This document shows, piece after piece, positions 26,988 through 36,130 of a stretch of 64,000 nucleotides of DNA (positions are counted from its first letter, which is position 1; the number at the start of each line of letters is the position of its first letter). Origin of the DNA: an uncultured Mediterraneibacter sp. (GTDB lineage: Bacteria > Bacillota > Clostridia > Lachnospirales > Lachnospiraceae); assembly GCA_944384505.1 (NCBI GenBank), contig CALWTQ010000008.1, positions 4,929 through 68,928 of the forward strand. The letters are read 5' to 3'. A program made the translations under genes and the position numbers. The notes under the pieces were generated by a model. It made no database searches. It was not told the DNA's origin and saw only the letters and a program-made list of their open reading frames with translations.

Positions 26988-27542
26988 TTATTCCTGCGGG
27001 TTCTTCTTGAAAGACAGGCATTTTCCAATGACTTCACCGGTCTTCAGGTATTCATAAGTTGGGAACTCAAACAGTACCGGCTTCAAAGTCTGATAGTTAA
27101 TCTTGCCGGCCTCATTGAGATGTTCCTCTTCCACATAAGTGTTATCAATGGTGCAGATAAAGCTTTCAAAGCCCGGTGTATTGTAAACGTCCACCACAGA
27201 ACACTCCATTGTCAGAGGCGCTTTACTGATCACCGGCGCGCCGGACTCACCCATTTCGTACTCAAACACTTCCGATTTGTCAGTTTTTCCACCGCTGACA
27301 GATCCTACATAGTCTGCTTCCGGAAGTATATTTTCATTTACGACGTTTACAGTCAGCTTGTGATTCTCCTTGATAAACTGATTGATGTAATGCGCAGAAA
27401 CCAGGCTGACCAGGATTCTGTCGTGTCCGATAATACCCACATGAGCCACAAGCGTCCATGTCGGTTTATCGCCTGCCATAGCGCCTGCCACTACAACAGG
27501 AGTCGGATATAAAGCCAATGCTGAACCAATATTTTTCTTCAT
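26988..27542 (-). CDS. Flavin reductase-like (flavoredoxin) protein
   Basis: ALYPTPVVVAG, TLVAHVG, ADYVGSVSG, PLTMEC. Confidence 0.85.
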   Translation of the reverse strand: MKKNIGSALALYPTPVVVAGAMAGDKPTWTLVAHVGIIGHDRILVSLVSAHYINQFIKENHKLTVNVVNENILPEADYVGSVSGGKTDKSEVFEYEMGESGAPVISKAPLTMECSVVDVYNTPGFESFICTIDNTYVEEEHLNEAGKINYQTLKPVLFEFPTYEYLKTGEVIGKCLSFKKNPQE

Positions 27543-27564
27543 GATAATTACCTTCCTTTCTGTT

Positions 27565-27615
27565 TTGACACCATGTCAACAACTGCAATATATCATCATT
27601 TCGACACCGTGTCAA
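27565..27615 (-). promoter_or_regulatory. Promoter with tandem TTGACA-N3-TGTCAA operators
   Basis: TTGACACCATGTCAA 27565-27579 and TCGACACCGTGTCAA 27601-27615; minus strand TTGACA-17-TATATT. Confidence 0.6.
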
Positions 27616-27670
27616 TATATGTTTAAAAAATTTTGCAACAGTTCTGCCATGGGCTGAACTGCTGCATTCG

Positions 27671-28252
27671 CTATTCCGCCAACGCAAATGTCACCGTTAC
27701 ATCTCCGTCTCCAAGTGCAGTTTCCCAGCCGGTCAGGTCTTCAACCTTCCCCAGCCTTGTATAACTCCAGGAATTCGAGCCGTAGAAAATAACGATCTGA
27801 TTTCCCTGATACAGCACAATATCCCCTGCCTGAGTTGTTGTCTGCCTGTTGCTTGCCGGGAGACTTGTCCCCAGCGATCCTACTTTTTCAAAGCCAGCGT
27901 AATCACTCATCTGAATGGTGACCGGATTCTCCTGCATCATTTCCACCAAAGCATCCACTGACTCGTTATCCTCCAGCGCAGCCGTAAAACGAGTTCCATT
28001 AACCTCAACGATCATTTTTCCGTCCATATTCTCTTCCTCACTTACATTATCCTCTGCCGGGTCCTCTTCTCTTACTGCGGTCTGTGATTCTTCTTTTTCA
28101 TCTGCTGCAGCAGAACCGGCCGGATCCCCGGCCGGTTCTGAACCTGAGGACTGTGATTCACTGTTCTCCATCCGCCTGCTGCCCGTACAGCCTGACAATA
28201 CTGCTGCGAGAGCACACGCAATAATACACGTCATAAGAATATATTTTCTCAT
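27671..28252 (-). CDS. Lipoprotein with cyclophilin-like fold
   Basis: Lipobox LSGC, acidic low-complexity linker, C-term MSDYAGFEKV..AGDIVLYQGNQIVIFYG..SYTRLGK. Confidence 0.8.
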   Translation of the reverse strand: MRKYILMTCIIACALAAVLSGCTGSRRMENSESQSSGSEPAGDPAGSAAADEKEESQTAVREEDPAEDNVSEEENMDGKMIVEVNGTRFTAALEDNESVDALVEMMQENPVTIQMSDYAGFEKVGSLGTSLPASNRQTTTQAGDIVLYQGNQIVIFYGSNSWSYTRLGKVEDLTGWETALGDGDVTVTFALAE

Positions 28253-28275
28253 GATACATCCCCGCCTTGTTCTTC

Positions 28276-29445
28276 CTACATACTCTCTTTCAGGATCTCT
28301 TTCACTTCATCCCGGTCAAGGATCTTATAACCGCCCTGCATGATTAACGTACCGTCTGCGATACCGTCAAGCATCTCTTCTGTGGCGCCCAGCCCGGAAA
28401 TATTCATAACAAGCCCCAGTTCCTTCATCCAGCTTTCCATAGCTTTCAGGCCTTCCTCCGCAATCTGCTCATCACTCTTCCCTGACGGATCCACATCCCA
28501 TACATTAACTGCAAAGCGCTTGAACTTTTTCAGTCCATATGGCATGATATAACGGTAGTAGGGCAGGGAGACCGCCGCTAGCGTCATGCCGTGGGTAGCG
28601 TCTGTGTAAGCGCCCACTGACTGTCCTAACATGTGCACCATCCAGTCCGTGGACTTTCCTTTCGCCACAAGTGTATTCAGCGCCCATGTGGCAGTCCACA
28701 TGATGTTGCTCCGTGCCTCATAATTCTGCGGATCCTTATTAGCGGTCCGGCTGGAATGAAGGAGGGATCTCATCAGCCCCTCGCTGATATAGTCGCTGGT
28801 ATTGTCATCCTCTCCGGAGAAATACTGTTCGCAGATATGATTGAAAATATCATAAATACCGGCCACCATCTGATAATGAGGCAGTGTCAGCGTATACTTC
28901 GGATTCAGGATAGAAAACCGCGGCATGATCTTCTCATCTGCAAAGACATGGCCGATTTTCAGCTTTGTCTCATGGTTTGTGATGACCGCTCCCGCATTCA
29001 TCTCTGAACCTGTTCCCACCATTGTCAGGACGCATCCTACCGGCAGTGTCTCGCAGTCCGGTTCTTCAAAACGGATGTAGTATTTCTCCCACGGATCTTC
29101 CTCGCAGTTTACAGAGACTGAGACTGCCTTCGCATAATCGCAGACAGATCCGCCGCCAACGGCAAGGAGAAAATCCGCATGGTGATTTCTTGCGATCTCC
29201 ACGCCTTCATACAATTTTTCCAGGGTCGGGTTCGGCATGACCCCGGAGATCTCCGCCACATTCTTCCCATTGTCTTTCAAGATCCGGCACACATCCTCGT
29301 AGATCCCGTTCTTTTTGATAGACCCGCCGCCATAGATCAGTACCACATTGTCGCCGTATTTCGGCAGCTCTGTATTTAAATAGTTCAGAGAATCCTCTCC
29401 AAAGTAAAGTTTCGTCGGATTACAGTATTCAAAATTTCCAAGCAT
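28276..29445 (-). CDS. Iron-containing alcohol dehydrogenase paralog
   Basis: YGGGSIK, VGGGSVCDYAK, VGTGSEM, HICEQYF, VHMLGQ, HGMTLA. Confidence 0.92.
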   Translation of the reverse strand: MLGNFEYCNPTKLYFGEDSLNYLNTELPKYGDNVVLIYGGGSIKKNGIYEDVCRILKDNGKNVAEISGVMPNPTLEKLYEGVEIARNHHADFLLAVGGGSVCDYAKAVSVSVNCEEDPWEKYYIRFEEPDCETLPVGCVLTMVGTGSEMNAGAVITNHETKLKIGHVFADEKIMPRFSILNPKYTLTLPHYQMVAGIYDIFNHICEQYFSGEDDNTSDYISEGLMRSLLHSSRTANKDPQNYEARSNIMWTATWALNTLVAKGKSTDWMVHMLGQSVGAYTDATHGMTLAAVSLPYYRYIMPYGLKKFKRFAVNVWDVDPSGKSDEQIAEEGLKAMESWMKELGLVMNISGLGATEEMLDGIADGTLIMQGGYKILDRDEVKEILKESM

Positions 29446-29489
29446 TTCTATTTTTTTCCTTCCTATTCTGCTATTTCATTTTCTGCAGC

Positions 29490-29522
29490 AGTTCAGCCAT
29501 CCAGAATGAGGCAGGCTGAACT
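29490..29522 (-). terminator. Hairpin downstream of SDR gene
   Basis: AGTTCAGCC / GGCTGAACT stem. Confidence 0.45.
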
Positions 29523-29546
29523 AATTCCAATTCTGCTTTTATTGTA

Positions 29547-30317
29547 TTAGAGGAATGCTCCGTTGCAGACCTGAAGCACCTGGCCTTTTACAGCTTTTCC
29601 CATCTTACTTGCCAGGAACAGGCACGCATAAGCCTGATCCATAGGATCACATTCCGGCCCCGGGAAGTATACAAAGTGTCCGCTGTACTCCAGCATCTTA
29701 GCCCCGCCCGGCTGTTCTCCCGCTTTATTTGCCAGGTGCGCCGGCGTCACAGTCGCTCCCGGAGCGACAGCATTGCAGCGGATATTCGTATCAATCAGAC
29801 GCATAGCCACATTCTTTGTCAGAGTGTTCAGCGCGCCTTTGGTCGATGTGTAAGTCGCGCCGCAGAACGGCCTTGTTCCGTTTACAGAAGAAATATTGAT
29901 GATCACTCCGTCGTTCTTCGGCAGAAAGATTTTCAAAGCTTCCCGGATATATCTCATGGGACCGCCCAGGTTTGTGTCCATGACATACTTCATCCAGTCG
30001 TCGTCTGTCTCGTCGATCATTTTCTGCTCGCCGATCCCTGCATTATTGATCAGGATATCCACATCCCCGAATTCTTTCAGTGCCGCCTCAAATACTTTCT
30101 TTGTATCCTCCGTGGAGCAGACGTCAGCCACTACTCCCGCGGCCCTGCCGCCTTTTGCCCGGATCGCTTCCACAACTTCGTCCAGTTTATCCTGGTGTCT
30201 GGCCGTGATCACCACATTGGCGCCTTCCTCTGCGAAAAGTTCTGCCATAGAACGGCCCATTCCGTAACTTGCTCCTGTTATAATAGCAGTTTTTCCATCT
30301 AACATTTTTGCATCCAT
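29547..30317 (-). CDS. Short-chain dehydrogenase/reductase (SDR)
   Basis: TGASYGMG, NNAG, NISS, YTSTK (YxxxK), NAVAPG; start set at the ATG behind AAAGGAG. Confidence 0.92.
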   Translation of the reverse strand: MDAKMLDGKTAIITGASYGMGRSMAELFAEEGANVVITARHQDKLDEVVEAIRAKGGRAAGVVADVCSTEDTKKVFEAALKEFGDVDILINNAGIGEQKMIDETDDDWMKYVMDTNLGGPMRYIREALKIFLPKNDGVIINISSVNGTRPFCGATYTSTKGALNTLTKNVAMRLIDTNIRCNAVAPGATVTPAHLANKAGEQPGGAKMLEYSGHFVYFPGPECDPMDQAYACLFLASKMGKAVKGQVLQVCNGAFL

Positions 30318-30356
30318 ATCTGAAACTCCTTTCATGTCTTATCTTTTTCTGGTTTC

Positions 30357-30423
30357 ATTGTAAGATGGATGAAATAATATTTCAAATACTTATATCAAAT
30401 GTTTTTCAATAGCTATTTTCTAT
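30357..30423 (-). promoter_or_regulatory. Sigma70 promoter with upstream LysR-type binding architecture
   Basis: Minus strand TTGAAA-17-TACAAT; upstream ATAG-N7-CTAT; block CAAATACTTATAT-N10-TCAATA-N4-TTTTCTAT shared with 35923-35963. Confidence 0.6.
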
Positions 30424-30512
30424 GTACTTGTATCCGCAGATTTCCGTTTTCTCGTCATCCGTAAAGACATTCAGGATGGCATCTGTATGCCAGACTACTA
30501 TATATGCAGAAA

Positions 30513-30965
30513 TTACGTGCTGAACACCTCTTCCAGTTCTTCAAAATGCGTACAATGTTCAAGTTTTTTCATAATTGAATCATTCCCTAATTTAGAGGCA
30601 AGTTCTGCTAATAGTTTTAAATGAACTTTGGCGTTTTCGTTATCTGATGGGACTGCGAACAGAAAAATATAGTTTACAGGCTGGTCATCGTAGGATTCCC
30701 ATTCAACCATTTTTTCAGATTTCCCTATAGCAATTCCTACTTTTTTTACAAAATTGGATTTGCCATGAGGGATTGCGATGTGGTTTCCCATACCGGTAAT
30801 CCCTTCGCTTTCCCGAACATAGACATCTTTTATATAGCCTGACAAATCAGAAAGATAGCCGGCCTGGTAAAGCAACTGGGAAAGATGTTCAATTGCTGAA
30901 TGTTTGTCGGAAACATTCATTTTTAAATCAATTACTGACTGATCCAGTATATCTTTAACTTCCAT
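30513..30965 (-). CDS. PTS fructose-family EIIA
   Basis: RESEGITG, IAIPHGKS phospho-His, FLFAVP, HLKLLAELA. Confidence 0.92.
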   Translation of the reverse strand: MEVKDILDQSVIDLKMNVSDKHSAIEHLSQLLYQAGYLSDLSGYIKDVYVRESEGITGMGNHIAIPHGKSNFVKKVGIAIGKSEKMVEWESYDDQPVNYIFLFAVPSDNENAKVHLKLLAELASKLGNDSIMKKLEHCTHFEELEEVFST

Positions 30966-30977
30966 TTAACCTCTCCT

Positions 30978-32924
30978 TTATTTAATAAAATATTGGTATA
31001 AATCCAATTCGGACTGAATATGCCGAAGCTGATTTAAAAACGCTTCATTTTCGGTCAGATGAATAAAGTCTTTATAAAACTGCTGAGCCTTGGCGCGCTC
31101 TAAAATGGTATCCATTTTTAATGCCAGCAAAAATATAATATCAACCTGCTCTTCATGCCACATAATAGGCTGGTCCAGGATCGCGACAACAACTCGTGAT
31201 TCATTTACTGCCATATTATTGCCATGAGGGATCGCAACACCACCTCCTATTGCTGTAGTAGTGGCGTTTTCTCTTTTCAGTACATTGCCCAGGTATTCTT
31301 CTGTCACATCGCCTTTTTCTGCTAATCGGCTGACCATCTTAGCCAAAAGATCCTCTTTCCCATTAACCTTGGGATGAACCAGCATATACCCAACACGGAA
31401 AAGATCATGACAGATACTTGATGAATGGAAACAAGTGTTTTGTCCGATCCTCCGAATTTGTTTTACCCGTTCTTTTACCGCAAAGATGTCTCTGTCTGAA
31501 AGAACCTCTCCTATCCGAATGACCTGCCCGCGGCTGCAGTTTTTTAATTCTTTAGTCGAAAAGATCACATCATATTGACGGCACATATTTTCACGAAAAT
31601 CATGCTCGCTGATAACCTTGATGTTGTCAAGTTCAGGAATGTTCTTAAGAAGTAAATCGACCATAAGCTGTGAAGAACCCATTCCAAAGTTACTTACCAA
31701 TAAACCAGTTAAAGGAGTATTTTTTCTAATGACAGCTGATTGAATATAAAGTGCAATATTGACAATCTCCTCTTCTGTGATCTGTACATTATAATATTTT
31801 TCAAAGACCGGACTAATAGACCACGCGGCCAGATATACCTGTTTATATTCCTTTTTTATATATTGACTGATCTGGTTTATATTCTCTTCACCGTACCTCA
31901 GGCGAAAAACGGCAGAACGTATATGCATCAAAAGTCCTTCATATAAAATCGTATCTTCAGAAAAATTTTCATTTAACACAGCTCCTATAATACTGATAAT
32001 ATCATTTACACCCTGGTTGAGCTGACGGTTAAAATAGCTTGGATTTGTCCGAATATCTGTCAGACCGTTATTGCCGATCTTTTGGGCAGACAGAAGCACA
32101 AATGTTAAAAATAAAATATCATTTTCACAATTACCCAGGGAGAATTCGCTGCTGACCCGGTCATATATGGACTTTGCAAATAAGTATTCCGAATATCGGG
32201 TAAGTGTCTCTCCTTTATCAGAGGAATCTACCATCTGTAGAGGATGACGAAAACGCTTTATTGACAGACATACCATCAGCCAGGCTGTTCTAAAAGAATT
32301 CTCCGCAAATTGAAGTCGCCAGGAGCTTTCTGCATGAATAATAATAGATTTAACTTTGGCATAATCTACCCCTGACAGATATGTTTCGAAAAGAGTGTCT
32401 GTTATTTCCGTCATCGTATAAACAATATAATCTACTAAGGCCTGGCGATAGGCACGCTCTGTCCCCTGCAATTGAATCCCTTTGCTTCGCATGCTGATTA
32501 CATGCAGTTTTCTTTTTTCAAACCAGGGAGTAACCATTTTAAGCAGAGACGCTGCAGTAGGCGGGCTGATATACAGGTGATCAGCCAGCAGCTGTAAAGT
32601 AGCCGGCTGATCAACCGCATATTTTAATAAAATCCCGATCAGCTGATTCTGCCGGGAAAGATCTGTATCCCCGCTTTTGACTGAAATATCACTGGTCAGA
32701 ATATCGCTTGCTTTTTCCGTAATCAGACTGATTCCTAACCCCGGTGTTTTTTTTATAAATCCAAGATCCTCTTTTTTTAGCCATTGATTTACCTGATCAA
32801 CCTTATTTCTTGCAGTTTTTTCAGAGACCTGCATAAGTTTCGCAAGCTTTGAAATAGTGATCACATCATTTTCCATCAGGACTTTCAGCATTATTCTGTT
32901 GTAAAGCTCATCTTTATTTCCCAC
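30978..32924 (-). CDS. PRD-containing transcriptional regulator (MtlR/ManR/LicR type: HTH-Mga-PRD-PRD-EIIB-EIIA)
   Basis: GTG start; HTH ITISKLAKLMQVSEKTARN; PRD LLMHIRSAV; EIIB-like VSNFGMGSS; EIIA GVAIPHG. Confidence 0.88.
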   Translation of the reverse strand: MGNKDELYNRIMLKVLMENDVITISKLAKLMQVSEKTARNKVDQVNQWLKKEDLGFIKKTPGLGISLITEKASDILTSDISVKSGDTDLSRQNQLIGILLKYAVDQPATLQLLADHLYISPPTAASLLKMVTPWFEKRKLHVISMRSKGIQLQGTERAYRQALVDYIVYTMTEITDTLFETYLSGVDYAKVKSIIIHAESSWRLQFAENSFRTAWLMVCLSIKRFRHPLQMVDSSDKGETLTRYSEYLFAKSIYDRVSSEFSLGNCENDILFLTFVLLSAQKIGNNGLTDIRTNPSYFNRQLNQGVNDIISIIGAVLNENFSEDTILYEGLLMHIRSAVFRLRYGEENINQISQYIKKEYKQVYLAAWSISPVFEKYYNVQITEEEIVNIALYIQSAVIRKNTPLTGLLVSNFGMGSSQLMVDLLLKNIPELDNIKVISEHDFRENMCRQYDVIFSTKELKNCSRGQVIRIGEVLSDRDIFAVKERVKQIRRIGQNTCFHSSSICHDLFRVGYMLVHPKVNGKEDLLAKMVSRLAEKGDVTEEYLGNVLKRENATTTAIGGGVAIPHGNNMAVNESRVVVAILDQPIMWHEEQVDIIFLLALKMDTILERAKAQQFYKDFIHLTENEAFLNQLRHIQSELDLYQYFIK

Positions 32925-32942
32925 TTTGCTTCCCTCAGTGAC

Positions 32943-33827
32943 TTATTCATTTCCCGTAGCTGCTGCGTTTAAGAATTTGTATCGCCCTGCCGAGCCGAGA
33001 ATATTCATATAATATTTAACAAATTCTTTAATCTTTTTCTCCGCTTCCATGCACATGTGCATATAATCCATATCGGGTTCTTTTTTTAAAGCGTCAAGCA
33101 TTGCTGTTTTCCCAACAGAAAATGCATCTGTAGCCACATTTACCTTATTGATTCCACATGCAACTGCTTTTCGCAGATTATCTTCTCCAGCACCAGATCC
33201 TCCGTGAAGCACCAATGGAATATTCAGCGTTTTCTTTAACAGTGCAAGGCGTTCGAAATCAAGTTTTGGAATTCTTCCCTGCGGATAATTGCCGTGTGCA
33301 GTTCCGATAGCTACTGCTAATGCATCAACGCCGGTTTTAGCTACAAATTCCAGCGCCTGCTCTGGATCCGTATAAAGATCGATATTCGCGTCATCAGAAT
33401 CAGCAGCCATACCTACATGACCTAATTCTCCTTCTACGGAGCAAGATACAGAATGTGCCATTGATACTACAACAGCAGTACGTTTGAGATTTTCATTGTA
33501 CGGAAGGGCAGAGCCATCAAACATTATATTCGTAAATCCTTTATTAATACAGTCAGCTATTATATTGTAGTCCGTAGCATGATCCAGGTTCAGGGCAATC
33601 GGCACGCTGACCCTTTCTGCCAGTTCTTTAATCATAGGTATCATTTCTTCAAGATGAGCATGATTCTTCATTTGTCCGCATCCGAATTGAATAATCATGG
33701 GGGAATAGGCCTCCTGAGCGCCTATAATGGCGCCTCTTACCATCTCCATATTAATACTGTTCATTGCCATTACTGCATATTGATTCTGATGCGCATGATC
33801 CAGAATTATTTTCATGGAAGTTAACAT
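32943..33827 (-). CDS. Class II fructose/tagatose-bisphosphate aldolase family protein
   Basis: LNLDHA, VEGELGHVG, IGTAHGNY, LVLHGGSG, INKVNV. Confidence 0.92.
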   Translation of the reverse strand: MLTSMKIILDHAHQNQYAVMAMNSINMEMVRGAIIGAQEAYSPMIIQFGCGQMKNHAHLEEMIPMIKELAERVSVPIALNLDHATDYNIIADCINKGFTNIMFDGSALPYNENLKRTAVVVSMAHSVSCSVEGELGHVGMAADSDDANIDLYTDPEQALEFVAKTGVDALAVAIGTAHGNYPQGRIPKLDFERLALLKKTLNIPLVLHGGSGAGEDNLRKAVACGINKVNVATDAFSVGKTAMLDALKKEPDMDYMHMCMEAEKKIKEFVKYYMNILGSAGRYKFLNAAATGNE

Positions 33828-33860
33828 TATTGATCCTCCTGTCAGAATAAGTTTAAACGA

Positions 33861-34967
33861 TCAGCTGAATTCGATATCGATGTCAAAATCTTCGTCATCT
33901 TCAATCACAGTCTTCTGCTCTTCCAGTGGTTTCTTAATGACTGCGTAAATCACCCCGGTTAATACAGAGCCGATAATCAGGGCAATAATAAACACTCCGG
34001 GATTGGTCATCATGGGAACAACAAAAATACCGCCTGCCGCTGCCGGGCATTCACATCCAAATCCGACAGCTATAGCTCCTGCTGCTGCAGAACCAATCAC
34101 GGACGCCGGAATAAAACGGATAGGATCAGCCGCGGCAAAGGGAAGAACCCCTTCGGTAATGAAGCATAAACCCATGGGAAAAGCAGCTTTTGCAGCATCC
34201 AGCTGGACTCTGTTGAATTTCTTTTTCGCGATAATTGTTGCAATGAATGCTCCGATAGGCGGAGTCATACCTCCAATGATTTTAGCCGCAGCCGGTCCCA
34301 TGATCTGATCAGCTAACAGGGCATTTGCTGCCATAGAAGCAGTTTTGTTCACAGGACCGCCTAAATCAAATCCCATACAGAATCCTATTACTCCGCCTAT
34401 AATTCCTTTTGCGCCTCCATTTAGTGTAATAATCCATTCCTGAAATCTGGTCATAATGAAAGCCAGAGGAATAGAAAATACGCACAAAAATATCATCCCA
34501 CATACAAATGTGGACAACAAAGGAATTAGCATAACCGGCATCAGGCCTTCACACCACTTGGGCATTTTCCATTTTTTCATCCAGTTAATAAAATAACCGA
34601 TTATGAATGCCATCAGCAAGCCACCTAAAAAGCCTGCTTTTGACTGTGAAGAACAGTATCCGATAATAAGGCCTGGCATAATTCCGGGTCTTCCTGATAT
34701 AGAATAGGCCACACCCGCCGTCATTACTGCCACTGCAAAGTCCATGGCATATGTACCAAGTTGATTTACACCCCACCAAAAACCTGACCATGTAAATGGA
34801 TTCAGATTGCTAAACGGGGTATCCCCAGCTACTACTGCATTGCCGATATCGTATCCGCCTAAAGCCTTTGCAAGCGCACACAATAATCCACCCGCTACAA
34901 CTACAGGGATCATATAAGCAATTCCCGTCATTACATGACGCTGAATTTCATCTTTTTTTCCTTTCAT
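33861..34967 (-). CDS. PTS fructose-family EIIC
   Basis: HVMTGIAYMIPVVVAGG, FDLGGPVNKTA, LCFITEGVLPFAAADP. Confidence 0.93.
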   Translation of the reverse strand: MKGKKDEIQRHVMTGIAYMIPVVVAGGLLCALAKALGGYDIGNAVVAGDTPFSNLNPFTWSGFWWGVNQLGTYAMDFAVAVMTAGVAYSISGRPGIMPGLIIGYCSSQSKAGFLGGLLMAFIIGYFINWMKKWKMPKWCEGLMPVMLIPLLSTFVCGMIFLCVFSIPLAFIMTRFQEWIITLNGGAKGIIGGVIGFCMGFDLGGPVNKTASMAANALLADQIMGPAAAKIIGGMTPPIGAFIATIIAKKKFNRVQLDAAKAAFPMGLCFITEGVLPFAAADPIRFIPASVIGSAAAGAIAVGFGCECPAAAGGIFVVPMMTNPGVFIIALIIGSVLTGVIYAVIKKPLEEQKTVIEDDEDFDIDIEFS

Positions 34968-34984
34968 TATTTTCCTCCTGTCTT

Positions 34985-35302
34985 TTACTTTTCCACCTTT
35001 TCCAGTTTTTCCCGCGTTTTATTAATTACACCTTTAGCTGATTTCATAACCAGGCTAATAGGTATTTCTACAATCGGCTTGCCTTTAAACCGATTTTTAG
35101 CAATTCCAATATCTGCGGCAATAATAACGACATCAGCGTCTCTTATATCCTCAGAAGAGAGTTCATTTTCAACGCCGATCGACCCCTGAGTTTCTACTTT
35201 AATTTCGTCTCCTAATTCTCGTGCGGCTGTTTCAAGCTTTTCTTTCGCAATATAAGTGTGTGCGATTCCTGCTATACATGCTGTGATTGCTACAATTTTC
35301 AT
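34985..35302 (-). CDS. PTS fructose-family EIIB
   Basis: MKIVAITACIAGIAHTY phospho-Cys, KVETQGSIG; start moved to the ATG at 35302 behind AGGAGG. Confidence 0.93.
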   Translation of the reverse strand: MKIVAITACIAGIAHTYIAKEKLETAARELGDEIKVETQGSIGVENELSSEDIRDADVVIIAADIGIAKNRFKGKPIVEIPISLVMKSAKGVINKTREKLEKVEK

Positions 35303-35496
35303 TTGCTTTGAACCTCCTGTTTCTTTTGATGTGAAAATTATAGCATTACCAATAGACAATGTGAAAAAGAGTTCGTATTTGTATTGTGGTAATTTTTTGT
35401 TTTTATCTGATATGACACTATGTCAGAAATTTTAATTGTATACCTTTCCTGTAGAGCGGTAATTAAACCGGAGGAATTTCAAAGGGAAGAAAATTT

Positions 35497-35536
35497 CAGG
35501 AGCCGATGCGATTCATACAGATCACATCGGCTCCTG
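35497..35536 (-). terminator. Hairpin downstream of 80-aa gene
   Basis: CAGGAGCCGATGCGAT / ATCACATCGGCTCCTG stem. Confidence 0.6.
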
Positions 35537-35603
35537 TTCTGGCCTATCTTTCCCGACAGCCCCTCGGCCTTGCGTCAGCCATCAAATGGCTATTATAAAT
35601 ATA

Positions 35604-35846
35604 TTACATAGTCCGGACTGCATTATGCTTTCTGTCCAGCTGAAAAATAAGATAATCAAGACAAGATATCTTCTTTTCTTCTTTGTGCACACGATTCAAC
35701 AATTTCTTCCGGTGTTCTTCTAATAACTCCTTCTGCCTGTCTATATCGCTTTCGCCTGCATAAGTAAAGAATTCTCTGATCATCTCAGCATTGCATCCGG
35801 CATCCTTTAAATTCTGCTCGACTTCATTTTTTGACAAATAATACAT
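35604..35846 (-). CDS. Small hypothetical protein resembling the C-terminal half of a MerR regulator (no N-terminal HTH)
   Basis: GAGGTG RBS, own promoter and terminator; LKDAGC..EMIREF..LLEEHRKKLL..EKKISCLDYLI helical pattern. Confidence 0.7.
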   Translation of the reverse strand: MYYLSKNEVEQNLKDAGCNAEMIREFFTYAGESDIDRQKELLEEHRKKLLNRVHKEEKKISCLDYLIFQLDRKHNAVRTM

Positions 35847-35896
35847 TAACTTATCTCACCTCATTTTTCATCAGTCGATGTTTTTAAGTTAATGCT

Positions 35897-35963
35897 AATA
35901 TAAGCCTCTCACATCGAAATAGCAAATACTTATATATTATTATACTCAATAAATTTTTTCTAT
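35897..35963 (-). promoter_or_regulatory. Sigma70 promoter with the same upstream architecture as the SDR promoter
   Basis: Minus strand TTGCTA-17-TATATT; CAAATACTTATAT-N10-TCAATA-N4-TTTTCTAT at 35923-35963. Confidence 0.6.
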
Positions 35964-36130
35964 ATTTTTTATTCCTTTTCTTGAACATCAAAGACGCCTG
36001 TTGTAAAATCATCTACGGCTCTCAATCCACTCACATGCGCTAAAGAGATTTCCTCCTTTTTGGCTATAAAACTTAGTTGCTGCAAAATCTCTAATGGGAT
36101 CTTATGCTTCGCCGTCAGAGGGCATCCCTG

